A stretch of DNA of 64,000 nt from an uncultured Ignavibacteria bacterium (GTDB lineage: Bacteria > Bacteroidota > Ignavibacteria > Tepidaquicellales > OLB5): the NCBI GenBank assembly GCA_963816535.1, contig CAWFKW010000003.1:1708059-1772058 (forward strand), written 5' to 3'. The notes beneath the pieces were generated by a model. It was given only the letters and a program-made list of their open reading frames with translations. It was not told the origin of the DNA and ran no database searches. Made by a program: the position numbers and the translations under genes. Positions 46,352 to 55,824 of this stretch are shown here, piece after piece; the stretch's first letter is position 1, and the number at the start of each line of letters is the position of its first letter.

Positions 46352-48838
46352 TTAATAATCTTCATCTTCCGGAGGATTGTTATTGTTGTAATCCGGCTTC
46401 TTACCTTTTCTCTGCTTCTGCTGGTTATCGAACAGGTTTCCGAATTTATATGTAAACGTCAGGTATGCGTTGCGCGAATCCCTTTTATGAGTAGCATATT
46501 CAGTGAAGCCTGAATTAGCTATATTGATATTAAATTGCTGAGTGTCGAAAATATCGCTTCCCCTAACGCTAAGGCTTGCTCTTCCCCCGAAGAAATCTTT
46601 CTTGAGAGAAACATCCATCGCCTGCAGCGGCTGAATTTCGCCGAGAGCTGTCGGGCGCTTGCTAAGGTAAAAATATGACGCCGACAGGTTGAATCCAAAC
46701 GGGAGCTTGAAGTTTGTGATAAATTTTGCAGTCCATGAGTATCCGCTGTTGGTCAGGTCAGCCTGAAGGTTCCCCGCATTTATATCGGTTCTGAAATAGC
46801 TGAAGCTGCCGCTGAAGTTCCACCACGGCGCGATCTGGGAATTGCCAATAAGCTCAAAACCATACGACTTTGCGCTGGCCAGGTTTTCAATAGTGGTAAA
46901 AGTTGTGATACTATCAAGCAGCGTTCTGAATCTCGTGATCAGCCCGTGCGTCTGGCGGTAAAATACCGATGATGTGACTATCGCGGGGCCCATATTGCGC
47001 AGGTAACTGAGCTCATATGAGTCTATATATTCCGGATTGATATCCGGGTTACCCTGTCTCAGGTTCAGCGGGTCGGAATAGTCGATAAACGGATTTATCA
47101 TTCTTAGATTTGGCCTGTTTACTCTTCTTGAGTAACTTAACTGAAACTGGTCCTGCAAGCCCAGCTTTTGTGTGAGGCTGACGCTGGGGAAAAAATCAAT
47201 GTATTTTTTGTCAAATGTCTGCCCGGTTGTATATAAAGTCCCTTTTGTATTTGTGGCTTCCGCTCTTAAGCCTACCTGGTAACCGAAGTTATTTATCTTG
47301 CTCGCGAAGATTAGATACGCCGCGTTAATATATTCTTTGTAGTCGAAGTTATTGCTCACGCTGTTATCGTACACCCATTGGTTGGTAGTATCATTGAAAT
47401 GATTTGAAGTAAAATCGTCGCCGTTTTGCCTGTATGTCGATTTTATTCCGGCATCAAGTTTCGAGTCATTCCCGAACGGATGAGAATAATCTGCCTGGAA
47501 ATAAGCTAAATGCTGTATGTCGGTCTCCGCTGTGTTTTGAAGTCCTGCCGGAAAATCAACCGGATCATAATTATCAATATACTGTTGGTTTGTAATATTG
47601 TTATTTATGTCGTCTTTTGCACGGCTGTATGTCGCTTCCAGATAAAGTGTCTCTTTCGGATTTTTGAACTTTGCATTATAAGTAAGCGATGCTGCGTAGT
47701 TAAGCCCTTTGTGCTCCTCCAGGTTGTTCGTATTTGACTGGGTTGAAAGCCCGCCCGTAATATCATAACCGTTATAGAGCGTATTTTCGTTCTGGTTCCT
47801 GTCTCTGTAGCTGATCGTGGTCGAGAATCCAAGAACCTGTTTATCGGTGATGGAATAATCGACGCCTATCTTTCCGAGGTGCGAGTTCATTCTGGTAACG
47901 CTGAGCGAAGGCTGCTCAAGCGTAGCTATGGAACTATTCGATTCAAAATTTGTAGTATTTAATCCGTTAAAATACCTGCTCGCGTCCTGGAAATTATAAT
48001 CGGCGTACAGGTTTATTTTCCTGTTCTTCAGGTTCAGGTCGATTGAACCGCTGTATTTATCTCTTGTTGCCCCGCTGAGAGATACAACCCCGTTGTAACC
48101 AAAACTGTCGTTCTTTTTCAACACGATATTGATAAACCCTGTTTCGCCTTCAGCCTCATATCTTGCAGACGGGTTTGTTATTAATTCAACAGATTCGATC
48201 GATCCTGCGGGGATACCCTCAAGAAGCGTCGGCACATCCTGTGTTACGGGCTTTCCGTCTATCATTATCTTAACGTTCTGGCTGCCGCGAAGGCTGACAT
48301 TTCCGTCGTTATCAACTGTCACCGAAGGCACATTGTTCAGCACGTCGCTTGCGTTTCCGGTTGAACTAACAGGCGTCTCGCTCACGTTGAATATTTTTTT
48401 CTCGGGTGTGAACTCTATCACGCTTCTTTCGGACTCGACAACAATTTCTTCGGTTTTTGCGGAACCCTGTGTGAGCTTTATTGTATCAAGCGTCACGTCT
48501 GTTTTTCGCGGCGATACCAGTATTTTGCTGACTGACGCGATGTTGTAACCCACGTAGTTTGCTTCGATCCTGTACATCCCAAAAGGGACATCCATCTTAA
48601 ACTGTCCTTTGCTGTCTGAGCCTGCTCCTTTTATTCTGGTTGAATCTTTTGATCCGTAAAGCGTAAGAACCGCTCCTTCCAAAGGAGTGCGGCTATCTTT
48701 GTCAATTACTATTCCGGATATTGTTCCGTTTCCTTCAGGCATTTTGCGTTCGTTAGTCTGAGCGCTTAAATTTGCTCCGATTAGAGCGATTACTAAGGCA
48801 AATACAAACCGAAAGCTGCGTTTATTCATTTTGTCCAT
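46352..48838 (-). CDS. TonB-dependent receptor, paralogue 2
   Basis: DVLNNVPSVTVD, VELITNPSARYEAEG, GNPDINPEY. Colinear with 40091..42760. Confidence 0.9.
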   Translation of the reverse strand: MDKMNKRSFRFVFALVIALIGANLSAQTNERKMPEGNGTISGIVIDKDSRTPLEGAVLTLYGSKDSTRIKGAGSDSKGQFKMDVPFGMYRIEANYVGYNIASVSKILVSPRKTDVTLDTIKLTQGSAKTEEIVVESERSVIEFTPEKKIFNVSETPVSSTGNASDVLNNVPSVTVDNDGNVSLRGSQNVKIMIDGKPVTQDVPTLLEGIPAGSIESVELITNPSARYEAEGETGFINIVLKKNDSFGYNGVVSLSGATRDKYSGSIDLNLKNRKINLYADYNFQDASRYFNGLNTTNFESNSSIATLEQPSLSVTRMNSHLGKIGVDYSITDKQVLGFSTTISYRDRNQNENTLYNGYDITGGLSTQSNTNNLEEHKGLNYAASLTYNAKFKNPKETLYLEATYSRAKDDINNNITNQQYIDNYDPVDFPAGLQNTAETDIQHLAYFQADYSHPFGNDSKLDAGIKSTYRQNGDDFTSNHFNDTTNQWVYDNSVSNNFDYKEYINAAYLIFASKINNFGYQVGLRAEATNTKGTLYTTGQTFDKKYIDFFPSVSLTQKLGLQDQFQLSYSRRVNRPNLRMINPFIDYSDPLNLRQGNPDINPEYIDSYELSYLRNMGPAIVTSSVFYRQTHGLITRFRTLLDSITTFTTIENLASAKSYGFELIGNSQIAPWWNFSGSFSYFRTDINAGNLQADLTNSGYSWTAKFITNFKLPFGFNLSASYFYLSKRPTALGEIQPLQAMDVSLKKDFFGGRASLSVRGSDIFDTQQFNINIANSGFTEYATHKRDSRNAYLTFTYKFGNLFDNQQKQRKGKKPDYNNNNPPEDEDY

Positions 48839-48980
48839 GTTTTTGAGAACTTAAGTCCTTTCATCTACAAAAATACCTCTAAATTAGGAGCCACGCTGTA
48901 AATAAGTGTATCATTCTTGTATATTTTTGTAGAATTTCATTAAAGTTAAGGGCAAAAACAAACAAAATTGCCCGGTGATG

Positions 48981-49364
48981 TTATTCCATCAACCATTTCA
49001 TAGAACTTTCAAAATCGTCTATGAAAACACGGATCCTGAAACCGCGGCTTTGAGCCGCAATTTCGAAAAATCTGGCTACATCGATGTTATGGTGCGCTCC
49101 AAGCAAAACTGCCATTTTGTCGTCATACAAATGACTGTATTTGCTCAATCTTTCCAGAAATTCATAAACGTCCGGTAGATTTAATTCTGATTTTGACGCC
49201 CTTACATCAATCAGCATGCGATAATGACTTGCAGAACGAAGAGAAGACACCATTCGCGCAAAAATCCTTATTCCTGCCCTTATGTTCAGTTCTCCCGCAA
49301 CATAAGTCATGAGGAAATTACTGTTTAGCGATTTATAACCTGTTTTTATCGATAAATTATTCAT
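48981..49364 (-). CDS. Hypothetical protein (possibly STAS/SEC14-like)
   Basis: AAAGGAG RBS and a MLIDVR...KMAVL...FFE..A..RG...RVF......A..WL pattern. Confidence 0.6.
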   Translation of the reverse strand: MNNLSIKTGYKSLNSNFLMTYVAGELNIRAGIRIFARMVSSLRSASHYRMLIDVRASKSELNLPDVYEFLERLSKYSHLYDDKMAVLLGAHHNIDVARFFEIAAQSRGFRIRVFIDDFESSMKWLME

Positions 49365-49415
49365 AATGAACTCCTTTCACCCTTAGAACAATCTGGCGTT
49401 CAAAAGATTGCAGAA

Positions 49416-49435
49416 TTTTTGCAACAAATCGTAAC
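49416..49435 (-). promoter_or_regulatory. Direct-repeat regulatory site GTTAC-N5-GTTGCAAAAA
   Basis: Matches 16621..16640 in sequence and in distance from the start codon. Confidence 0.45.
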
Positions 49436-49492
49436 AGGTTTTGAAATAATAGTATTTATAGGATCGGGAAGTAAATGTGCGGGCTCGCGGGG

Positions 49493-49615
49493 AGTTTGGA
49501 ATTTGGGGATTTGATTTTTCTTCGGCTTTCAAAAATAGAATAAATTTTTCTGGCTTTTCTTTCAGATTTCGTTATTCGAATTTGTTTACTATTTAGATAT
49601 TCTGATTTCGAATTA
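49493..49615. repeat. Degenerate heptamer-periodic tracts
   Basis: tttgga atttggg gatttga and gatttcg ttattcg aattt...tatttag atattct gatttcg aatt. Confidence 0.45.
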
Positions 49616-49618
49616 ACG

Positions 49619-50158
49619 CTACCACTCTTTTCTTTTTTTTAAATCCTCAATGTGTGCAAGGTGATGCGAGCAGTGCCACGCATAAAGATGAATAACCTGC
49701 CGGATCGAAACCTCTTTGCCGGTTTCCGGATGAAAATATTTCCTATCGAGTTCTGATTCATTTAATGACCTTAACAGAGCCACCCATCTTTTGTGGAGGT
49801 TATCAATCAGGTCGAAAGAAACATCGGGCTCGCATTTATAATCGGCAAGCTTAGCCCACCTGTCTTCAAAATAAGGCTTAATTGAGGGAAGGTCTTCGGT
49901 CAATGCCAGTTTTATTCTCATAAAGGCGTTCATGTGGCTATCGGCCAGGTGATGAATAACCTGCCTGATAGTCCAGCCATCCGGCCTGTACGCAGTATCA
50001 AGCTGCGTTATTGTCATTTTCCCGGCGGTCTTTCTGAGTTTTGCAGGGAATTCCTCAATTACGTTTATGTACCTGTTGGTTTCTTCCGAATTATAATCTT
50101 TCTGCTGGCGCCACTTGCCAATCGGATATTTCAGTTTTTCCAGTTCCTGTTCAGTCAT
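49619..50158 (-). CDS. bstA: YfiT/BstA-family bacillithiol transferase (DinB superfamily)
   Basis: LKYPIG, YRPDGWTIRQVIHHLADSHMNA, LALTED, YAWHCSHHLAHI. Confidence 0.88.
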   Translation of the reverse strand: MTEQELEKLKYPIGKWRQQKDYNSEETNRYINVIEEFPAKLRKTAGKMTITQLDTAYRPDGWTIRQVIHHLADSHMNAFMRIKLALTEDLPSIKPYFEDRWAKLADYKCEPDVSFDLIDNLHKRWVALLRSLNESELDRKYFHPETGKEVSIRQVIHLYAWHCSHHLAHIEDLKKRKEW

Positions 50159-50172
50159 TTATTTATATTTAT

Positions 50173-51339
50173 TTAGAAAAATTTGATAGATTCTACAGGC
50201 TCGCCTTCGATGAATCTGGACGGCCGCAGAGGATGCGCATCTATTGAAACAGATTTACCGCCTATAATAATTTCCGAGAGAATTTGCCCGATTGCAGGGG
50301 AGTGCATAACTCCGTGGCCCGAAGAACCGTTTGCAAGATATAAATTACTAAAGCCTGGCGCAAGTCCGAGAAGAACGTGTTCATCCGGCGACATCTCGTA
50401 CAGGCCAGCCCATGATTGCCGCTTATCTATGCTGCAATAACCGAGTTTTGGAATACGCCTCTTAAATATTACGTTAATTTTCTGCAACCACGCTTCTTCT
50501 ACTGATGTATCGTACATGTCTTTTATTTCATTCTCCGTTGGAAGCAGAAGCAGAAGTTTTCCGTCTCTGATCCTGAAGTGAAAACTGTCATTAGTAAAAA
50601 CAGTCATAGGCAAATTTTCCGGCAGAGCGTTTTTTTCGCTCAAACAGGCAACCTGCCTTTTAAGAGGAACTACCGGGATATCAGCTCCGGCAAGCCGCAC
50701 AACCTCTCCGGCCCACGCGCCTGCGGCATTAACTACGCATCCTGCGGAATAATTTTCGTGCGGGGTTATTATTTCGATTATCTTCTCATTCGTCCCGCTT
50801 AACGTAATTCCGGTCAGTTCAACCCCGTACTGAAAGACCGCGCCCATGTTTTTTGCCGCCGCGCAATATCCTTTCAGCAAATTCAAAGGAGAAATGAAAC
50901 CGTCGGTTGGCGAATATGCGCCGCCAATTATACCGTCATGTTCTATGTACGGGTTAAGCTTCTTAATATCGTCTGCGCCAACTACGCTTGCTTCATCCAG
51001 CCCGGCTTTCTTTTGGAGGATTACCGCGCTGCCGAGCGTATCCATTTCGGATTTATTTCCAGCAAGGAATAAATAGCCGCACGGAACATACCCGGGATCA
51101 ACCCCCGTTTCTTCTTTGAACGAAAGAAGCTTTTCACGCGAAAGGAGAGACAGCCTTACGCCGATTTCGGAACCGAACTGTGCGCGGAAGCCGCCCGTAG
51201 CCTTGCCCGTGCTGCCTTCGCCCGGCCGCCCGGCTTTATCAATAACAACAATGTTTTTTAATCCCCGCAGGGCTAAATGATATGCAACGCTCGCGCCGAT
51301 GACGCCTGAACCTATTACGATAGCATCGCAGGTTTTCAT
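50173..51339 (-). CDS. FAD-dependent oxidoreductase (sarcosine oxidase beta/DadA family)
   Basis: VIGSGVIG, GSTGKATGG, VNAAGAW, WAGLY..SPD, SGHGVMHSPAIG. Confidence 0.9.
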   Translation of the reverse strand: MKTCDAIVIGSGVIGASVAYHLALRGLKNIVVIDKAGRPGEGSTGKATGGFRAQFGSEIGVRLSLLSREKLLSFKEETGVDPGYVPCGYLFLAGNKSEMDTLGSAVILQKKAGLDEASVVGADDIKKLNPYIEHDGIIGGAYSPTDGFISPLNLLKGYCAAAKNMGAVFQYGVELTGITLSGTNEKIIEIITPHENYSAGCVVNAAGAWAGEVVRLAGADIPVVPLKRQVACLSEKNALPENLPMTVFTNDSFHFRIRDGKLLLLLPTENEIKDMYDTSVEEAWLQKINVIFKRRIPKLGYCSIDKRQSWAGLYEMSPDEHVLLGLAPGFSNLYLANGSSGHGVMHSPAIGQILSEIIIGGKSVSIDAHPLRPSRFIEGEPVESIKFF

Positions 51340-51345
51340 TCCCGT

Positions 51346-51774
51346 TTATGAGTTTCGTGGAGTGAAGACATGTTCCGGATTCTTGAACGACTTGAATTCA
51401 AGGCTGTTTCCGCTGAAATCGTTGAAGAACATAGTAGCCTGTTCAACCGGCTCGCCGGCAAACCGTATATATGGCCTTATGATAAATTCAATTTCATTTT
51501 CGCTCAGGCGGGTTGCAAGCTTGTGAAATTCTTCCCATGGCAGAATGCACCCGAAATGCGGGATCGGCACAATCACCTTTTCAACTATCCCGCAATTTAT
51601 CGGCTTCGGAATTTCATAGTGTATATGGCATGAAAGCTGGTTGCCGAAAAAATCAAAATCTACCCACGATTGGGAGCTTCTTCCCTCGGGGCAGCCCATT
51701 ATCTCGCCGTAAAATTTTCTCGTCGATTCAAGGTCCTTAACTAAGAATGAAAAATGGAACGGGTAATTATTCAT
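51346..51774 (-). CDS. VOC/glyoxalase-family protein
   Basis: PFHFSF, FYG...GCPEGRS, DFFGNQ, PIPHFG, EQATMF, GNSLEFK. ATG 51774 preferred. Confidence 0.88.
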   Translation of the reverse strand: MNNYPFHFSFLVKDLESTRKFYGEIMGCPEGRSSQSWVDFDFFGNQLSCHIHYEIPKPINCGIVEKVIVPIPHFGCILPWEEFHKLATRLSENEIEFIIRPYIRFAGEPVEQATMFFNDFSGNSLEFKSFKNPEHVFTPRNS

Positions 51775-51823
51775 ATTATTTGAACTGCTCTTTGCCCGCA
51801 AAAGGCAATGCACGTTTTCTCTA

Positions 51824-52348
51824 TTATTTTTTCTTATAAATTGCAGATTCGTTGAACGGAGTTTCCTGCCCGTTCATTGTCATTGAGCCCTTTGCAGACA
51901 TCGTCATCTCGCTGCCGCTAACGGCAAAAGTTCTTGTTTCCTTAAACATATCATTCCCGTCGGTTATCTCAAACATGTTATCGCCGAATTTTCCCGATCC
52001 TGAAGACATTGCCGCAGCGCCCCAGTCGTCAAACCACCATCCTTTTACCGCGCCTTTTTCATCAACGCCGAATATCCCCATGCCCCCGTAAGTTATTTTT
52101 GGGTTATCAACGCCGGTTGCCTTCAGGTCCATAATAATATATTGGTGATTCAGAGCCCAATGGATTGATACATCCTGCTTCATCTTGGTTCCCATCATGT
52201 CGCTTTCCGTTGTCCAATCGCCTATCATAGATTCATATACCTTATTTTCAAGGGGCTTTGGCGGCGCCATATTATCCTGGCTGTATGCCCGGATAAATGT
52301 AAAGCTCATTATAACGAAAAACAAAGAAAGTAATTTTAACGCGGACAT
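51824..52348 (-). CDS. Exported DUF1579-like protein
   Basis: Signal peptide, MIGDW, YGGMGIFG, WWFDDWG, YKKK terminus. AAGGAGG RBS. Confidence 0.65.
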   Translation of the reverse strand: MSALKLLSLFFVIMSFTFIRAYSQDNMAPPKPLENKVYESMIGDWTTESDMMGTKMKQDVSIHWALNHQYIIMDLKATGVDNPKITYGGMGIFGVDEKGAVKGWWFDDWGAAAMSSGSGKFGDNMFEITDGNDMFKETRTFAVSGSEMTMSAKGSMTMNGQETPFNESAIYKKK

Positions 52349-52579
52349 ATCGAACCTCCTTAATTTGAAAATGAATGTTTAAAAGAAATTAAATATCTCT
52401 AATAGGAAAAGAAGGATAATAGCAAAGATACGAAACTTATTAAAATGTTAATAGAAGAAAATAATAAGACAGCAGGTGCTGAGTGACCCATTTTCAATTT
52501 CCTGTCTTTTCAATCTCTTAAATTGCATAAATTACAGCTTTTTACCGCAAACCATGCGGATATTAGAAATATTGATGCA

Positions 52580-52813
52580 TCAGAAATTCATTTTCACAAT
52601 AAACGAATAGAGAATGTTCAATAGCACGGCTGCAAACACTCCGAACGCGGCGTAAACGGCAGCCTGCCTGGCGGCATCGGGCCTGGATTTTCTCATTGCG
52701 AAAAACAGGACTATTCCAACCATCGGAAGACAGAATGAAACCGCTTTTAGCAATAACCCCAGGCCCTGCTTTTCAGTTATCCCCTGAGTCGACCCCGGAT
52801 TAGTTGGCTCCAT
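52580..52813 (-). CDS. Small two-TM membrane protein
   Basis: SFCLPMVGIVLFF....PDAARQA followed by a second TM. Confidence 0.65.
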   Translation of the reverse strand: MEPTNPGSTQGITEKQGLGLLLKAVSFCLPMVGIVLFFAMRKSRPDAARQAAVYAAFGVFAAVLLNILYSFIVKMNF

Positions 52814-52901
52814 GTTGTATATACTTTATTTTATTAAAAACGTAAAGTAGCGATGTAAGAATGGAAAATCAATGAAATTTAAGGAAAACTCTGATCGGAA
52901 T

Positions 52902-52932
52902 AAATAAAGAGGGGTCTTATTCAGACCCCCTT
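52902..52932 (-). terminator. Intrinsic terminator after ECF operon
   Basis: ggggtct/agacccc stem with an A-rich (minus-strand U) tail. Confidence 0.6.
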
Positions 52933-52977
52933 ATCGAACTCAGCCTCAAAAACGTTTCTGTACTTCCCGGCCGTGCG

Positions 52978-53283
52978 CTATCCGCATCTGTGTTCGAATT
53001 TTGCCTTAACCTTTTCCTGTTCTTCGGGCGTGAGCGTCTTGAGGTATTCCTCAAATTTTTTCCTCCGCCAGTAGTGATGATGTCTCCATCCTCTTCTTCC
53101 GAATCCGCCGCCAAAACCCATGAACAGCAACTTTGAAAGTACGAGCAATCCTAGGGCCTGAACGTATGTAATTGCAGGTCCTTTAAAGATATCCGGGATC
53201 AGCCAGTTCCACAGAGTCATTACTATCAGCGTTACAAGCGCCAGTATTACAACTACTTTTAAGATTATTTTTAGTATTCTCAT
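52978..53283 (-). CDS. Small membrane protein downstream of the ECF sigma factor
   Basis: LWNWLIP.IF, ITYVQALGLLVLSKLLF and LTPEEQEK motifs. Confidence 0.8.
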   Translation of the reverse strand: MRILKIILKVVVILALVTLIVMTLWNWLIPDIFKGPAITYVQALGLLVLSKLLFMGFGGGFGRRGWRHHHYWRRKKFEEYLKTLTPEEQEKVKAKFEHRCG

Positions 53284-53315
53284 TTTATTTCTTATTTATT
53301 TCTTGTGAGTTTGTT

Positions 53316-53897
53316 TTATTTTTTTGAGATTTCTTTGTAAAATTCGTCTAATTTTTTCCTGAGATACAGGACTGCGTATCGTTTTCTGGAAATCAGCGTC
53401 TGGATCGGTACGCCTGTTTCCTCGGATATCTCCCTGAAGCTTTTTCCGTCTATCTGATTCATCAGGAACGCGTTTCGCTGTTCCTCCGGCAGTTCGTCAA
53501 GCCCTTCTTCAATCTGGTCCAGTATTACCGTCCTGAGGGCATAATCTTCCGGTGAACTCCCGAGCTCAGGTATCATCTCCTCGATCGTGAGAGACCCGCC
53601 ATCTTCCTGGCTGACGCTGATTTCACTCATGGGTTCGGCCTTCTTCTTTCTGAACAGGTCCGTAATTCTATTCCTTGCTACGGTAAAGAGCCACGAAGAG
53701 ATCCTGTCCATATAATTTATCTGGTCTATGTTTTGTGTCAGCTGGTAGAATACATCCTGCAGTATGTCTTCCGCATCTTCGATTCGCCGTACATATTTCC
53801 TGATGTAGTTGAAGAGCCTGGGGCTTTCCTTCCTTACAGTTTCTTCAATTTGATTTTTCTGACTCAAGCTGAGTTCTATTACACCTGTTTCAACCAT
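53316..53897 (-). CDS. ECF RNA polymerase sigma-70 factor
   Basis: DAEDILQDVF, SWLFTVARNRITD, LPEEQR, SFREISEETG. Confidence 0.95.
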   Translation of the reverse strand: MVETGVIELSLSQKNQIEETVRKESPRLFNYIRKYVRRIEDAEDILQDVFYQLTQNIDQINYMDRISSWLFTVARNRITDLFRKKKAEPMSEISVSQEDGGSLTIEEMIPELGSSPEDYALRTVILDQIEEGLDELPEEQRNAFLMNQIDGKSFREISEETGVPIQTLISRKRYAVLYLRKKLDEFYKEISKK

Positions 53898-53910
53898 CTG
53901 TATTTCTTAA

Positions 53911-53935
53911 GACGGCTGTCCGGATAAAATATTTT
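53911..53935 (-). promoter_or_regulatory. Candidate autoregulatory ECF promoter
   Basis: Minus strand AAAT-N16-CGTC, just upstream of the sigma ATG. Confidence 0.4.
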
Positions 53936-53952
53936 AATTGTTAAATATAACG

Positions 53953-53980
53953 AAAAAGTCAGGTATTAAACCTGACTTTT
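53953..53980 (-). terminator. Intrinsic terminator
   Basis: aaaaagtcagg...cctgactttt hairpin. Confidence 0.65.
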
Positions 53981-54006
53981 CATGAAAATAATGCTGCGAT
54001 TTTCCT

Positions 54007-54492
54007 TTACTTTTTGTCTTTTTTAACGCCACTGGAGTCGGAATCCAGTCCAAGAGAATTTATCCAGCCGCAAATGGCGTCCTTATCAGCCTGAGAGAGG
54101 ACTTTATCCTTATGAAGAATCAGGTACTTAGGTAGTGGCATATCGCCCTGTGAAATCTCGTCGCAAATATTTGTAAGCCTAAGCTCCTGCTTAGCCTGGG
54201 AGAGCTTTCCCCATTCATTGAAGTTCATTTTTTTTCTGCCGTTTGTCACATCATCTGCCACCAGCCATGAAACTGGCGCTATGTTGCTATACCACGGCCA
54301 GTAAGTCTGGTTGGAATGGCAGTCATAGCACGAGCGTTTTAATATGCCCTGCACGTTCCCCGGAATCTGCATTTTGTTATTTATATCATCAGCCGTCATT
54401 TGGCTTATCGAAACTCTTTCGGGCCTGAAGAACTGGATAACAATAATTCCCAAAACCAATAATATGAAAACCCACTTTAGTACTTTCTTCAT
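54007..54492 (-). CDS. Heme-binding domain (monoheme cytochrome c) protein
   Basis: N-terminal anchor, CYDCH (CxxCH), SNQT.WPWY..IAPVSW, MP..Y. Confidence 0.9.
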   Translation of the reverse strand: MKKVLKWVFILLVLGIIVIQFFRPERVSISQMTADDINNKMQIPGNVQGILKRSCYDCHSNQTYWPWYSNIAPVSWLVADDVTNGRKKMNFNEWGKLSQAKQELRLTNICDEISQGDMPLPKYLILHKDKVLSQADKDAICGWINSLGLDSDSSGVKKDKK

Positions 54493-54529
54493 AGACAGTT
54501 ATTTAGTTTCTTTAAGATAGCAATAGAAA

Positions 54530-55753
54530 CTATATATTTAAAGTCCAGAGTTTTTTGCCCGTATTAAAGTCAAAACCCATCATCCCTTCGCCTTTTAGTT
54601 CAAGCACAACCAGGTTGCCTGAGCGTTTTAATTTTATTTTATCCTTTGTAAAAAATAAGCTGGAAAACGCATCTTTGTTTTCATCTATCTTCATTTTATT
54701 AAACATGTCGTCCTGCTGAACCGTCCATTTTTCTTTCCCTGATTTCATATCAATGCAGGTTAATATCCTGTTTGATTTTTTGCTAAGCTGGTCAAGATGA
54801 ACTATCAGCGCGCAATCTTCATCCTGGTAGTAAATAATTCCTTCAAGATATATCCTGTCGCCTAACGGTTCGCCTTTAGCGCCGCCGGCGAAAAACTCCA
54901 GCGAGTGCTCGTTGGTTACCCAGTTTGAAAGGCTTGATTTGTACGATGATAACGCTCCCTTTGTCCCGGTGACTTTGTAAAGCTTCTTTCTTGGCGCCGA
55001 AGAACTCTCCGCCCCTAAAACCAAAACACTGTAGGGCTCGTTTGATTTACTTCGTTCATCGAAAAAATCTTTATTGTTACCATAAAGCTTGTCATCATCA
55101 AGACTATATATAAGCTGGTCCCTGCCGTCTTTAGTTTTAAAAGTTATTGTATTATCAGCCTCAGTATATCTTAAGCCTGCAAGCCCTCCCGCCAGTTCAG
55201 GAAATTTTGCAACGAACGCTTTTGTGTCCATCACAAGCTCGTTAGTCTCAGCGTCATATACCTCTACTTTTGGATCGTTCTCTCCGTATTCATGCGTCAG
55301 TTCCCAGACTTTTCCTTTATTATATACCATGTCTATTTGCGTGATAATATCTTTCTGCTCTGTCTTTGTCTTCTTGATGACCATTTCACCAATGGGATCG
55401 TAAATATAGGTCCATGTCTTGCAGAAAAAGCATTTCCGGCCCGAGGAATAACTGCCGGGTGATTTTGAAGTCTGGATATAATTGAACGAGCCGTCGGTCA
55501 ATATCCATAGTTTCGCACTCCCGTCTTTTTGGGGAACTATCGCCATGTCCATAAAGTCGCCATGTATGCTGTTTGGCGTCAGCGCAGGGTAAGCGAAAAA
55601 TATTCCGCCAAGTATTATTACGACTAACAGGACTATAGCCCCGAAAATTCCAATGCATCCTTTGCCCGCGAATCCCGAACGCTTTCCGTAAATTTTTTGT
55701 CCGCCGCCCGGATTTTGCGGCTCGTAAGCTCCATAATTAGTTTGTGGTTCCAT
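54530..55753 (-). CDS. Membrane-anchored beta-propeller-like protein, array copy 3
   Basis: Single TM, KCFFCKTW, PQQ-like GKEKW/GKKLW blades. Strongly similar to its neighbours. Confidence 0.8.
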   Translation of the reverse strand: MEPQTNYGAYEPQNPGGGQKIYGKRSGFAGKGCIGIFGAIVLLVVIILGGIFFAYPALTPNSIHGDFMDMAIVPQKDGSAKLWILTDGSFNYIQTSKSPGSYSSGRKCFFCKTWTYIYDPIGEMVIKKTKTEQKDIITQIDMVYNKGKVWELTHEYGENDPKVEVYDAETNELVMDTKAFVAKFPELAGGLAGLRYTEADNTITFKTKDGRDQLIYSLDDDKLYGNNKDFFDERSKSNEPYSVLVLGAESSSAPRKKLYKVTGTKGALSSYKSSLSNWVTNEHSLEFFAGGAKGEPLGDRIYLEGIIYYQDEDCALIVHLDQLSKKSNRILTCIDMKSGKEKWTVQQDDMFNKMKIDENKDAFSSLFFTKDKIKLKRSGNLVVLELKGEGMMGFDFNTGKKLWTLNI

Positions 55754-55824
55754 AATAAATCTTTAAAATTAATTTGTAAATTTTTCTTTTTATAAAAATA
55801 TGTTTAGTCCCGTTGAGGCTATTT

